The notes below the pieces were generated by a model. It had not been told where the DNA came from. It saw only the letters and a list, made by a program, of their open reading frames with translations, and made no database searches. A DNA stretch of 64,000 bases from an uncultured Actinomycetes bacterium (GTDB lineage: Bacteria; Actinomycetota; Acidimicrobiia; Acidimicrobiales; Ilumatobacteraceae), in the NCBI GenBank assembly GCA_963828405.1, contig CAWHEG010000027.1, positions 839 through 64,838 of the forward strand, given 5' to 3'. Of this stretch, positions 1 to 6,960 are shown in pieces (the first letter of the stretch is position 1; each line of letters starts with the position of its first letter). Position numbers and translations under genes: made by a program.

Positions 1-1
1 A

Positions 2-1075
2 AGCCTAGTCTCGCGACTTAGAAAGGCTGGATTTATTCCGTCGACTACCGTACCTATTCAGTTTGGCAAGACGAAACTTACGTCCTTCAGTTTCGGTGTC
101 AAAGGCCTTGCGACGGCGAGTGTGAGTGACAAAGACGCCCCAAGAAACTTTACGTTGGGCCCGGTTGTGGAGCGGATTCATTCAATAGTTCTCAGTTCAT
201 CGTCGCCGAGTGATCATTTACTAGTGATTGACGGGCTCGATGACGTACTACTGGGAGATCAGTCGCAAGCCCAAGCACTAGCCTCGCTTGTTCTGGCCGT
301 AGCGCGGATGAATCGACGATTTAGTGCTGCGGCAGCGCCATGCAAAGTTGTGCTTCTATGCCGAACAGACATCTTCGACAGTCTCCCACTCCCGAACAGC
401 AACAAACTACGCCAAGATTCAGCAATTGTGCTTGATTGGTATCAGGATGCGAGAATGCCTGAGCGCAGTGACCTCGTACGGATGGTGAATGTGAAGGCGA
501 CGGTGCACATACGAGAGGCCGAGATTCGTGACGTCTTCCGAGAGTATCTTCCCGAAGAGTACAGAGGCAGAAAGATCATTCCTGCGCTCCTAGACCTGAC
601 CAGACATACACCCCGAGATATCCTGTGCTTGCTGAGATACATTCAGGAAGCTGCGCCATTTCAGCGGCAGGTATCTCAAGCGAGTATCGCTCAAGCGGCG
701 AAAAACTACTCGATCAACTACTTTCTTCCGGAAATAAAGAATGAGCTCCAGGGATTCTTAACGCAGCTGCAGGTGACGAGAGGTATGGAACTCCTCACTG
801 CGTTCGGGCGAGGCGAATTTTTCGTCGCTGATGTGCGGCACAATGCTCAAAATGATCGTCGATTTGCCGACTTTGACATCGAGTCGCTGCTTGAGCGTCT
901 GTTTGAATGTAGCGCCATTGGCAATGTTCGGCCAATAGATGGAGGACGGCGATTCTTCACGTTCAAATATAGAAACCAAAGCGCTTCAATCAACATGGGG
1001 GAGAAGGTGCGCGTCCACCAAGGCCTCTGGAGAGGTCTTGGACTCTCATGGGATCGAACCAATCTAGACGACTAG
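2..1075 (+). CDS. P-loop NTPase (STAND/KAP-like), C-terminal part; the 5' end lies outside the window
   Basis: Frame 2 is open from nt 2 to TAG 1073-1075. The GTG at 122 in the ORF track is only the first in-window start and no stop precedes it. There is a Walker-B-like LLVIDGLDDVL followed by a KVVLLCRTDIF strand, but no Walker A inside the window. GC is about 50% against ~70% elsewhere. Confidence 0.7.
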   Translation, partial: SLVSRLRKAGFIPSTTVPIQFGKTKLTSFSFGVKGLATASVSDKDAPRNFTLGPVVERIHSIVLSSSSPSDHLLVIDGLDDVLLGDQSQAQALASLVLAVARMNRRFSAAAAPCKVVLLCRTDIFDSLPLPNSNKLRQDSAIVLDWYQDARMPERSDLVRMVNVKATVHIREAEIRDVFREYLPEEYRGRKIIPALLDLTRHTPRDILCLLRYIQEAAPFQRQVSQASIAQAAKNYSINYFLPEIKNELQGFLTQLQVTRGMELLTAFGRGEFFVADVRHNAQNDRRFADFDIESLLERLFECSAIGNVRPIDGGRRFFTFKYRNQSASINMGEKVRVHQGLWRGLGLSWDRTNLDD

Positions 1076-1181
1076 CCAGCTCCTGGGATCATTTGGTCTG
1101 ACGAGCTTTCGGCTGCTAGAGGGAAGCTGCCAGGGTATCGGTTCGCCAGCTTATCGCGCAATCGTGCGATGGCGAGGTTTG

Positions 1182-2036
1182 CTAGGAGACGACAACTGTC
1201 TGGCGATCCTCATGCGGTGTTTCCCCCTCACTCCATCTGAGATGGACAGTCCACTCGTTTGATACTCCGATGTGCATGGCTACTCTAAATAGAGCAAAGT
1301 CACCTGAGCTAATCGATTCAACGCGAGTCGACGACAATACCTCCGGAGCCACACCGTAGTCGCTCGACTCGATCAAGATCTGCACATCCCGTGCAGCGTC
1401 CGGCCCGCGATTGCTTACCCGAATGTAATCTGCACCACGTTTGCCCGGTTCGTTATCGAACGTTACCTTCAGGTCTGCCCCCAGGCGCCGAATCGGCGTC
1501 CCTTCAGCGTTTGATTTATCGACTGCTCGTAGGAGGCGCAGATCGTGTTCCAACGCCGTCCGGACCTTGGAAGCGAGATCCTGAAACGACGAGTATGATC
1601 CGAGCAAGCCACCCTCCTGAAGCCGCTCTCTATAGGCGGCCAATCGGGAGAGTTCGGTTGGATCTATCTGGCATCGGTCAATTGCCATGCCAGAGAAGTA
1701 GACGTGAACTCTAGCTCCCCGGTCTCTGGCCCGCTCGATCTCCTCCGCGGTACCCGACTGTGCTCGATCGGTCGTGACGCCGAGGCGCGAATGAAACAAC
1801 GCGACAACGACATCGGATTGATCGACGAGCTGGTGGTTGATGACGCTCTGGCCATCGCCTTCCATCTCCGGAATAGCATCCGTCTCCCACCTCAACGGGA
1901 GAAACACGACGCTCTCGGATCGGGAGCGGTCCTGGTTCCACTTCGCGAGAACAGCCTCCACGCAGTCTCGGCCATCGAGCGTGTCTCCTGGTGACGCTAT
2001 CATGACGTTGAAGACTTCAGCTGTGAACCCCACCAT
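1182..2036 (-). CDS. Hypothetical protein with a TIR/DUF4062/nucleoside-2-deoxyribosyltransferase-like N-terminal domain and a beta-rich C-terminal domain
   Basis: The ORF is 1182-2171; I start it at ATG 2036 (MVGFTAEVFNVMIASPGD), and ATG 2003 is also possible. The motif series VMIASPGD / VVFLPLRWE / SDVVVALFHSRLG / SGTAEEIERA / VHVYF fits a flavodoxin-like TIR-type fold with a conserved Glu. The C-terminus (LKVTFDNEPG..YIRVSNRGPDAARDVQILIE) looks like a beta-sandwich. It is low-GC and convergent with the NTPase. Confidence 0.75.
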   Translation of the reverse strand: MVGFTAEVFNVMIASPGDTLDGRDCVEAVLAKWNQDRSRSESVVFLPLRWETDAIPEMEGDGQSVINHQLVDQSDVVVALFHSRLGVTTDRAQSGTAEEIERARDRGARVHVYFSGMAIDRCQIDPTELSRLAAYRERLQEGGLLGSYSSFQDLASKVRTALEHDLRLLRAVDKSNAEGTPIRRLGADLKVTFDNEPGKRGADYIRVSNRGPDAARDVQILIESSDYGVAPEVLSSTRVESISSGDFALFRVAMHIGVSNEWTVHLRWSEGETPHEDRQTVVVS

Positions 2037-2625
2037 CGTTGAGCATAACAGTGTGTCACTTCGCGACCGAATTGTGGTCAACTTTGGACGGCCGGGCGTC
2101 CCTGCCTTCAACGGGTCGGTGAGCCGTTTGGGGCGGGCCGACGACCCACTGGAGATCGTCCAATCCCGCATGACTACCTGTGAAGGCAGTCTGCCCGACG
2201 ACCATGGAATGCTAGTGGCGGCTACCAGAACGATGCGGAGTGGTGCGAGTAGGTGGCGAAGGGGACAACCCGCTGAGGTGGACTTCGCGCACCCAACCAG
2301 GCGAATTGCTCAGTAGCCACTCAGATTGACCACGGAGTCGATCGCGGCGTACCGCGACGCGTCGAAGAACACGCTTCAGGATCGGAGTTTGCCCGCACGG
2401 GTGATAGTGCGACCCAAGATAGGTGGGCAGCTTGTTGTCGACGGCGATGTACCATCCTCCTCTCGGGCTCAATCTCCTGCTTCCCGTCGGTGGGCAGGGC
2501 CATCAGTGTTGACCGAGACACGTTCGTCCCGCTGGCGGACGCCTGCCGTAACGAGGCGCGGCGTGCTGCCCTTTGCAGCACTGGCGCGGACGGCTTCACC
2601 GGAGCAGCGCCGACGCCAGTCCGGC

Positions 2626-2985
2626 CTACGCCGGCTTTGCCCAGACGTGGGCGCCACCCCAGTCGATCGCCACGACCGGCTCGTCACCGATGACCCAGGC
2701 GTCGTGGCCGGATTCGAGCCAGCTCACCTCTCCTGGTCCGACCTCGAACTCGGCGCCGCCGGCCATCTGCACGCCGATCCGCCCCGAGATGCTGTATTGG
2801 AAGTGGGGTGCCTCGCACAGTTCGGTGTTGACGAGCGGCTTCACATGCTCGCTCCAACGCCAACCCGGTTGCAGGGTCATCCGCATCACCTGGCCGCCCC
2901 CGATCGTGATGATCTCCGCTCGACCGAGCGGCATGTCGCGTACCTCATCAGGAGCATCGAAGCTCATGTGCTCTGCATTGGCCAT
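2626..2985 (-). CDS. Cupin domain protein
   Basis: The ORF is 2626-3042; I start it at ATG 2985 (MANAEHMSFD), which is preceded by GAGGAGG 7 nt upstream. The sequence is a small beta-barrel type (GRAEIITIGGGQVMRMTLQPGWRWSEH..GAEFEVGPGEVSWLESGHDAWV). Confidence 0.8.
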   Translation of the reverse strand: MANAEHMSFDAPDEVRDMPLGRAEIITIGGGQVMRMTLQPGWRWSEHVKPLVNTELCEAPHFQYSISGRIGVQMAGGAEFEVGPGEVSWLESGHDAWVIGDEPVVAIDWGGAHVWAKPA

Positions 2986-3038
2986 CGTGGACCTCCTCGT
3001 GGCTGAAACCTCCATTGACGCGCCGCCCGCCCCGGATG

Positions 3039-4154
3039 TCAAGGAATCGACGCAGCGACGCAGAGGATCTGATCTCGCATGAGCGCCGCGTCGAACAGCG
3101 TCTCGGCTCGGTGACGGGCGGCTGCCCCGAGCCGCTCACGCAAGGCCGGGTCGGTGCACAGGCGTTCCACGGCGAGCGCCAGCCCCGCCGGGTCTTCGGG
3201 CTCGACGAGCAGCCCGGCGTCGCCGAGTTGGTCGGGGATGCCCCCCACTCGCGTGCCGACGACGGCCTTGCCCAGGGCCATCGCCTCGAGCGTGACCAGC
3301 GGGAACGGGTCCTGCCGGCTCGGCACGACCACGATGTCGGCGGCCGAGATCCACGAGAGCGGGTCGGTTCGCTCACCGACGAACCTCACCGCCTCGCTCC
3401 GATCGACTGGCGGCAGCGATTTCACCGAGCCGACCCAGGTGAACGTCACATCGAGGTCGGGCGAGTTACGCCCGAGGATCCTCGCCGCCTCGACGAGGAT
3501 GTCGGCGCCCTTACGGTGATCGGCGGTCCCGCAGGCCACGACGTTGAGGCCGGCGGGCAGCAGACCGGCCTGGCGTTCGGCGGGCAGCCCGGCAAGGTTG
3601 GGGCGGCTGAGGACCACGTGGATCCCGGTCTGGTCGACCGGGCAATGGGCGGCCACGGCGGCGGCGACGGGCTCGGAGCAGGCGACGACCGTGAGCCGGT
3701 CGTCGGCCCAGTCGATCGGGTACCGGGCGAGCGAGTCGACGAGCAGCGGGCCGAGTTCGTGGAGGTGCAGGACGACGGGGATGCCCAGCTCGAGCGCGAC
3801 CGGCACGTAGCAGGCCGAGAGCGCGGTGTTGGCCCACACCAGATCGGGGCGGGCGGCCCTGAGCACGCGTCGTGCGGCCCAGCCCTCCAGCGAGATCGCC
3901 ATCCGGCGGGTACGCCGGAACCGCCGCAGCACGACCCGAACCCGTGAGCAGGGCTCCGAGCGGGTGTGGCCGGCCTGGCCGCTCAGCTCGGCCTCGAGTG
4001 GGCCACCCCAGCGGTTCACCAGGGTGGTCTCGGCGCCCGAGTCACGAAACGCCCGCAGCACCTCGACGGCGACCTTCGGCGCGCCGGTCATCGACGCCTC
4101 GTGCGACACCACGAGAACCCGCCGGGCGGCGTGAGGCCGTCCCGACATCGTCAT
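3039..4154 (-). CDS. Glycosyltransferase family 4 (GT-B)
   Basis: It has RVLVVSHEASMTGAPK at the N-terminus and a C-terminal EX7E region (VVPSRQDPFPLVTLEAMALGKAVVGTRVGGIPDQ). I start it at ATG 4154, which abuts the stop of the upstream gene. Confidence 0.9.
   Translation of the reverse strand: MTMSGRPHAARRVLVVSHEASMTGAPKVAVEVLRAFRDSGAETTLVNRWGGPLEAELSGQAGHTRSEPCSRVRVVLRRFRRTRRMAISLEGWAARRVLRAARPDLVWANTALSACYVPVALELGIPVVLHLHELGPLLVDSLARYPIDWADDRLTVVACSEPVAAAVAAHCPVDQTGIHVVLSRPNLAGLPAERQAGLLPAGLNVVACGTADHRKGADILVEAARILGRNSPDLDVTFTWVGSVKSLPPVDRSEAVRFVGERTDPLSWISAADIVVVPSRQDPFPLVTLEAMALGKAVVGTRVGGIPDQLGDAGLLVEPEDPAGLALAVERLCTDPALRERLGAAARHRAETLFDAALMRDQILCVAASIP
4098..4128. repeat. Copy 1 of the segment encoding the 'VLVVSHE' glycosyltransferase 5' end (inside the intact GT)
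   Basis: ctcgtgcgacaccacgagaacc is identical to 6814-6835, and about 33 of 35 nt match overall. See copies at 4835 and 6814. Confidence 0.8.
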
Positions 4155-4792
4155 CGGGTGAACGTGAGGTGGGTGACACCGCTGGGCGTCGTGACTGCCT
4201 CCACGTCGTACTGCTGCTCCAACGCCTCCAGGCCGTCCCACAGCCGAACACCGCGGCCGAGCAGGATGGGCACCTGCACGACGTGCAGGTGGTCGACGAG
4301 ACCGGCGGCGAGGAAGGCGCGCATCATCGTCGGGCCGCCGCCGATGCGGACGTCCTGACCGGCGGCCGCGTCCCGCGCCACCTCGAGGGCAGCCGCCGGC
4401 GCGGCGTCGAGGAAGTGGAACGTCGTGCCACCCTCCATCTCCAGCGACGGGCGCGCACGGTGGGTCAGGACGTAGGTCGGCGTGTGGAACGGCGGGTTGT
4501 CACCCCACCACCCGCGCCACTCCGGGTCGTCCTGCCAGCCCGGAGGGCCGAACTTGCCGGCGCCCATGATCTCCGCACCGATCCCGGGTCCGTGCCGATC
4601 GGCCAGCGCGTGATCGACACCCTCGGTGCCGCCCGGCGTGCCGAGGACTTCGCGGTGGGCGAAGCGAGTGGCCAGCAGCCACTCGTGGAGCCGGTGCCCG
4701 GCGTGGCCGAACGGCGTGTCGAGGGCCTGCCCCTCGCCGGTGGCGAACCCGTCGAGCGAGATCGAGAAGTTGTGGATGCGGACGCGCGACAT
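4151..4792 (-). CDS. Dihydrofolate reductase family protein (RibD C-terminal domain type)
   Basis: MSRVRIHNFSISLDGF..., GKFGPPGW, VRIGGGPTMMRAFLAAGLVDHLHVVQVPILLGRG. I start it at ATG 4792, which has GAGGGAG 6 nt upstream. The longer ORF to 4870 only adds the captured GT leader MVARWVLVASHE. Confidence 0.85.
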   Translation of the reverse strand: MSRVRIHNFSISLDGFATGEGQALDTPFGHAGHRLHEWLLATRFAHREVLGTPGGTEGVDHALADRHGPGIGAEIMGAGKFGPPGWQDDPEWRGWWGDNPPFHTPTYVLTHRARPSLEMEGGTTFHFLDAAPAAALEVARDAAAGQDVRIGGGPTMMRAFLAAGLVDHLHVVQVPILLGRGVRLWDGLEALEQQYDVEAVTTPSGVTHLTFTR

Positions 4793-4834
4793 GGCGGCTC
4801 CCTCGGGTGGTGGTGGTTGGTCGGACTGGGGCGC

Positions 4835-4897
4835 CTCGTGCGACGCCACGAGCACCCACCGGGCGACCATACTTCGAGTATGTCAGCGGTGGTGCGG
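4835..4897. repeat. Copy 2 of the GT 5' end / upstream repeat (left half, 'L')
   Basis: ctcgtgcgacGccacgagCaccc..cgggcgaccatacttcgagtatgtcagcggtggt matches 6814-6873. On the minus strand it reads ATG-MVARWVLVASHE. Confidence 0.85.
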
Positions 4898-4959
4898 GCG
4901 TCGATCGACGCATCCCTCGGTGTTGCATGACACCTACCCTGACAGTTTCGCGATACGAT

Positions 4960-5097
4960 ATGTTTGTGGTGGAGATCTACCGGTCGGCTCACAAACATGG
5001 GGTCAGTGACCGCGACATCGAACACGCCGTCACCTATGCGATGGTCGCGGCGGAAGATGACGATGGCAAGGTCCTGTATTTGGGTGCCGCGAGATAG
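4960..5097 (+). CDS. Short toxin-like ORF, probably a truncated partner of the downstream RHH antitoxin
   Basis: MFVVEIYRSAHKHGVSDRDIEHAVTYAMVAAEDDDGKVLYLGAAR. The (K/R)HG(V/I)S motif resembles BrnT-like small toxins. It is only 45 codons and ends 9 nt before the RHH gene. The upstream part of the 96-aa ORF is repeat sequence. Confidence 0.4.
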   Translation: MFVVEIYRSAHKHGVSDRDIEHAVTYAMVAAEDDDGKVLYLGAAR

Positions 5098-5106
5098 GAG
5101 GCACCG

Positions 5107-5385
5107 ATGACTGACAAGAAGTCCTACGGACGAACCAAGGCGGGGGTCGAACTCACCGACGACGTACTCGACCGCTTGGCTCACGAGGCCGAAGCAGGTC
5201 TCGATCTGGCCGTGCTTCGGCGTCGCCCGGGCCGGCCCTTGATGGGGTCAGGACCCGCCGACACCCTGCCGGTGCGGCTCGATCCCGAGCTTCGCCGGGC
5301 CGTCGACGAACGCGCCGCTGTCGATCACACCACCGCCTCGGACGTCGTGCGCGAAGCGCTACGCCACTACCTCAAGGCCGGCTGA
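5107..5385 (+). CDS. Ribbon-helix-helix (CopG-family) antitoxin
   Basis: The C-terminus reads LPVRLDPELRRAVDERAAVDHTTASDVVREALRHYL, a classic RHH beta-strand plus two helices. The N-terminus (KSYGRTKAGVELTDDVLDRLAHEAEAG) is typical of actinobacterial antitoxins. Confidence 0.85.
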   Translation: MTDKKSYGRTKAGVELTDDVLDRLAHEAEAGLDLAVLRRRPGRPLMGSGPADTLPVRLDPELRRAVDERAAVDHTTASDVVREALRHYLKAG

Positions 5386-5454
5386 ACGCCGCCTCGGCTG
5401 CCGCAGCCTGCAGGACCCCGCCGAGGGTGAGCCCGCGGGTACCGGTCGAGCGAT

Positions 5455-5592
5455 GGTGCGGGGCCGGACCGTCGCCGTGCTCAAGAGCTGGGGAGTACGG
5501 CCCACGACATCACCGCCCCGACGGTCGACTGCCCTACCGGGTGGACCGACGACTGACCAGAAGTCCTACGGACGAACCAAGGCGGGGGTCGA
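5455..5592. repeat. Right half ('R') of the intergenic repeat, fused to a duplicated 5' fragment of the RHH antitoxin gene
   Basis: 5455-5546 matches 6870-6960 with a few mismatches and one indel. 5551-5592 matches 5109-5150 (gactgacAagaagtcctacggacgaaccaaggcgggggtcga) with one mismatch. Confidence 0.85.
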
Positions 5593-5613
5593 TCTCCGGC
5601 GAGCATGTTCGAG

Positions 5614-5934
5614 TCAACAACCGAGGGCGAACCGCAAGGCGTCGCAGAGTTCGAGAACCCGATGCGGGCCGATCACCGTCACGAGTTCGGTCAGATTCGC
5701 CTTCGGAATGGTTGCCAAGTTGTCGAAGCTTGCCGCACACGACGTCGCCATACCATCCTCCGGCTCCAATCTGATCTCGGAGCGTAGACCTCGTACGGTG
5801 CGGGTGATCGGGGCCACGACGACCTTGCCCAAGACCTGGATCGTCTCGGGTCGCGTCAAGACGAGCATCGGCCGACGGCCGGTTTGACCTTCCACTTCGG
5901 CCCACCAGATCTCGCCCCGCGACGGAGTCACCAC
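5614..5934 (-). CDS. mazF: Type II toxin, MazF/PemK-family endoribonuclease
   Basis: RGEIWWAEV..GRRPMLVLTRPE...VVVAPITRTVRGL is the PemK/MazF signature. It overlaps the upstream antitoxin gene by 7 nt. Confidence 0.9.
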   Translation of the reverse strand: MVTPSRGEIWWAEVEGQTGRRPMLVLTRPETIQVLGKVVVAPITRTVRGLRSEIRLEPEDGMATSCAASFDNLATIPKANLTELVTVIGPHRVLELCDALRFALGC

Positions 5935-6179
5935 GGCTCCTCGGCGATCAGACGGCGCAGAACCTCCTCGCCTTCGGCGAGTTCTCTCGGGCTCTGGGGT
6001 AGCTCGGTGTACGACTCGATGACCTGTCGGACGTCTCTGGCCGTTCGTCGGTCCTCGAGAAAATGCACGACTGCATACCGAGCCGCCTCGGCCCGGTTGG
6101 CGAATTCACCGTCCCTGACCAGTTCGTCCAGACCGGCAATGCACTCCTCAGGAACCCGTAGTGCTAGTTGTGTCAGCAT
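5928..6179 (-). CDS. RHH-type antitoxin partnered with the MazF-like toxin
   Basis: MLTQLALRVPEECIAGLDELVRDGEFANRAEAARYAVVHFL is an RHH fold. The gene overlaps mazF, so the two are translationally coupled. Confidence 0.85.
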   Translation of the reverse strand: MLTQLALRVPEECIAGLDELVRDGEFANRAEAARYAVVHFLEDRRTARDVRQVIESYTELPQSPRELAEGEEVLRRLIAEEPW

Positions 6180-6309
6180 GCTCTACAGCATACACGAGAG
6201 AATCTCACAGAGCATCCGGGAGCTAATGCGGGGATACGGTAGCCGGCACGCTGAGCTTCGGAATCCGGATCGACTGGTACGATATGCGGTACCACTCAGG
6301 GAGGATCGT

Positions 6310-6555
6310 ATGGCCATCACCGCGAGCGAAGCCCGCAAGAACCTGTTCCCGTTGATCCAACAGGTCAACGACGACCACACCCCGATCGAGATCACCTCCA
6401 AACGCGGCGATGCGGTGCTGATCGCCATCGACGACTACCGAGCACTCGAAGAGACCGCCTATCTCCTGCGTTCGCCGGCCAACCTTCGTCGTCTCGTCGA
6501 AAGCCTCGATCAGGCACGCTCGGGCTCCGGACTGGAGCACGAACTCGATCGATGA
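6310..6555 (+). CDS. yefM: Phd/YefM-family antitoxin
   Basis: MAITASEARKNLFPLIQQVNDDHTPIEITSKRGDAVLIAIDDYRALEETAYLLRSPANLRRL. I start it at ATG 6310 inside the long ORF 5884-6555. It has a 4-nt ATGA overlap with yoeB. Confidence 0.9.
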   Translation: MAITASEARKNLFPLIQQVNDDHTPIEITSKRGDAVLIAIDDYRALEETAYLLRSPANLRRLVESLDQARSGSGLEHELDR

Positions 6556-6809
6556 GGTTCGTGTTCACCCCGCACGGATGGGAGGACTACACGTTCTGGC
6601 AGTCGACCGATCGCTCCACGCTCAAGCGCATCAACCGGCTGCTCGACGACATCGCCCGTGATCCGTTCACCGGGATCGGCAAGCCCGAGCAACTGCGCCA
6701 TGCGCTCGCCGGCGCATGGTCGCGACGCATCGACGAGGAACACCGACTTGTCTATCTCGTCGAGGGCAACGACATCGTGATCCTGCAGGCCCGGTACCAC
6801 TACGGCTGA
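6552..6809 (+). CDS. yoeB: Txe/YoeB-family toxin
   Basis: FTPHGWEDYTFWQSTDRSTLKRINRLLDDIARDPFTGIGKPEQLRHALAGAWSRRIDEEHRLVYLVEGNDIVILQARYHY. Confidence 0.92.
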   Translation: MRFVFTPHGWEDYTFWQSTDRSTLKRINRLLDDIARDPFTGIGKPEQLRHALAGAWSRRIDEEHRLVYLVEGNDIVILQARYHYG

Positions 6810-6813
6810 CATT

Positions 6814-6960
6814 CTCGTGCGACACCACGAGAACCGGCCGGGCGACCATACTTCGAGTATGTCAGCGGTGGTCGGGGGCCGAACCGTCGCCGTGCTCAAG
6901 AGCGGGGAGTACGGCCCGCGACATCACCGCCCCGACGGTCGACTGCCCTACCGGGTGGAC
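6814..6960. repeat. Full-length copy (L+R) of the repeat; probably the ancestral divergent GT-GT intergenic region plus the first 12 codons of a minus-strand GT
   Basis: On the minus strand it reads ATG GTC GCC CGG CCG GTT CTC GTG GTG TCG CAC GAG (MVARPVLVVSHE), then runs antisense into yoeB. The L half matches 4835-4897 and 4098-4128; the R half matches 5455-5546. Confidence 0.8.

Noticed and set aside
1040-1075. ggatcgaacc (the reverse complement of the canonical tRNA T-arm/loop GGTTCGATCC) lies at the 3' end of the NTPase gene. It might have been a tRNA or a tRNA-derived att remnant at the edge of the low-GC islet.
   Set aside because: The flanking bases do not form a T-stem (attGG against CCatg), and no acceptor or anticodon arms can be drawn. 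The string is simply the codons W-D-R-T-N of the ORF.
2172-2625. Overlapping minus-strand ORF fragments (2212-2472, 2321-2599, 2469-2687) might be a frameshifted gene. For example, ...LMALPTDGKQEIEPE in one frame is followed by GGWYIAVDNKLPTYLGSHYHPCGQTPILKRV in another.
   Set aside because: I recognised no family motif and no RBS or start context, and the frames cannot be joined convincingly. I treat the region as a decayed junction and do not call a gene.
4793-4870. The DHFR-like gene has a 26-codon N-terminal extension (MVARWVLVASHEAPQSDQPPPPEGAA) in the ORF track.
   Set aside because: It is the duplicated GT leader (repeat copy 2). The DHFR-family domain begins at MSRVRIHNF, with its own GAGGGAG RBS, so I start the gene at 4792.
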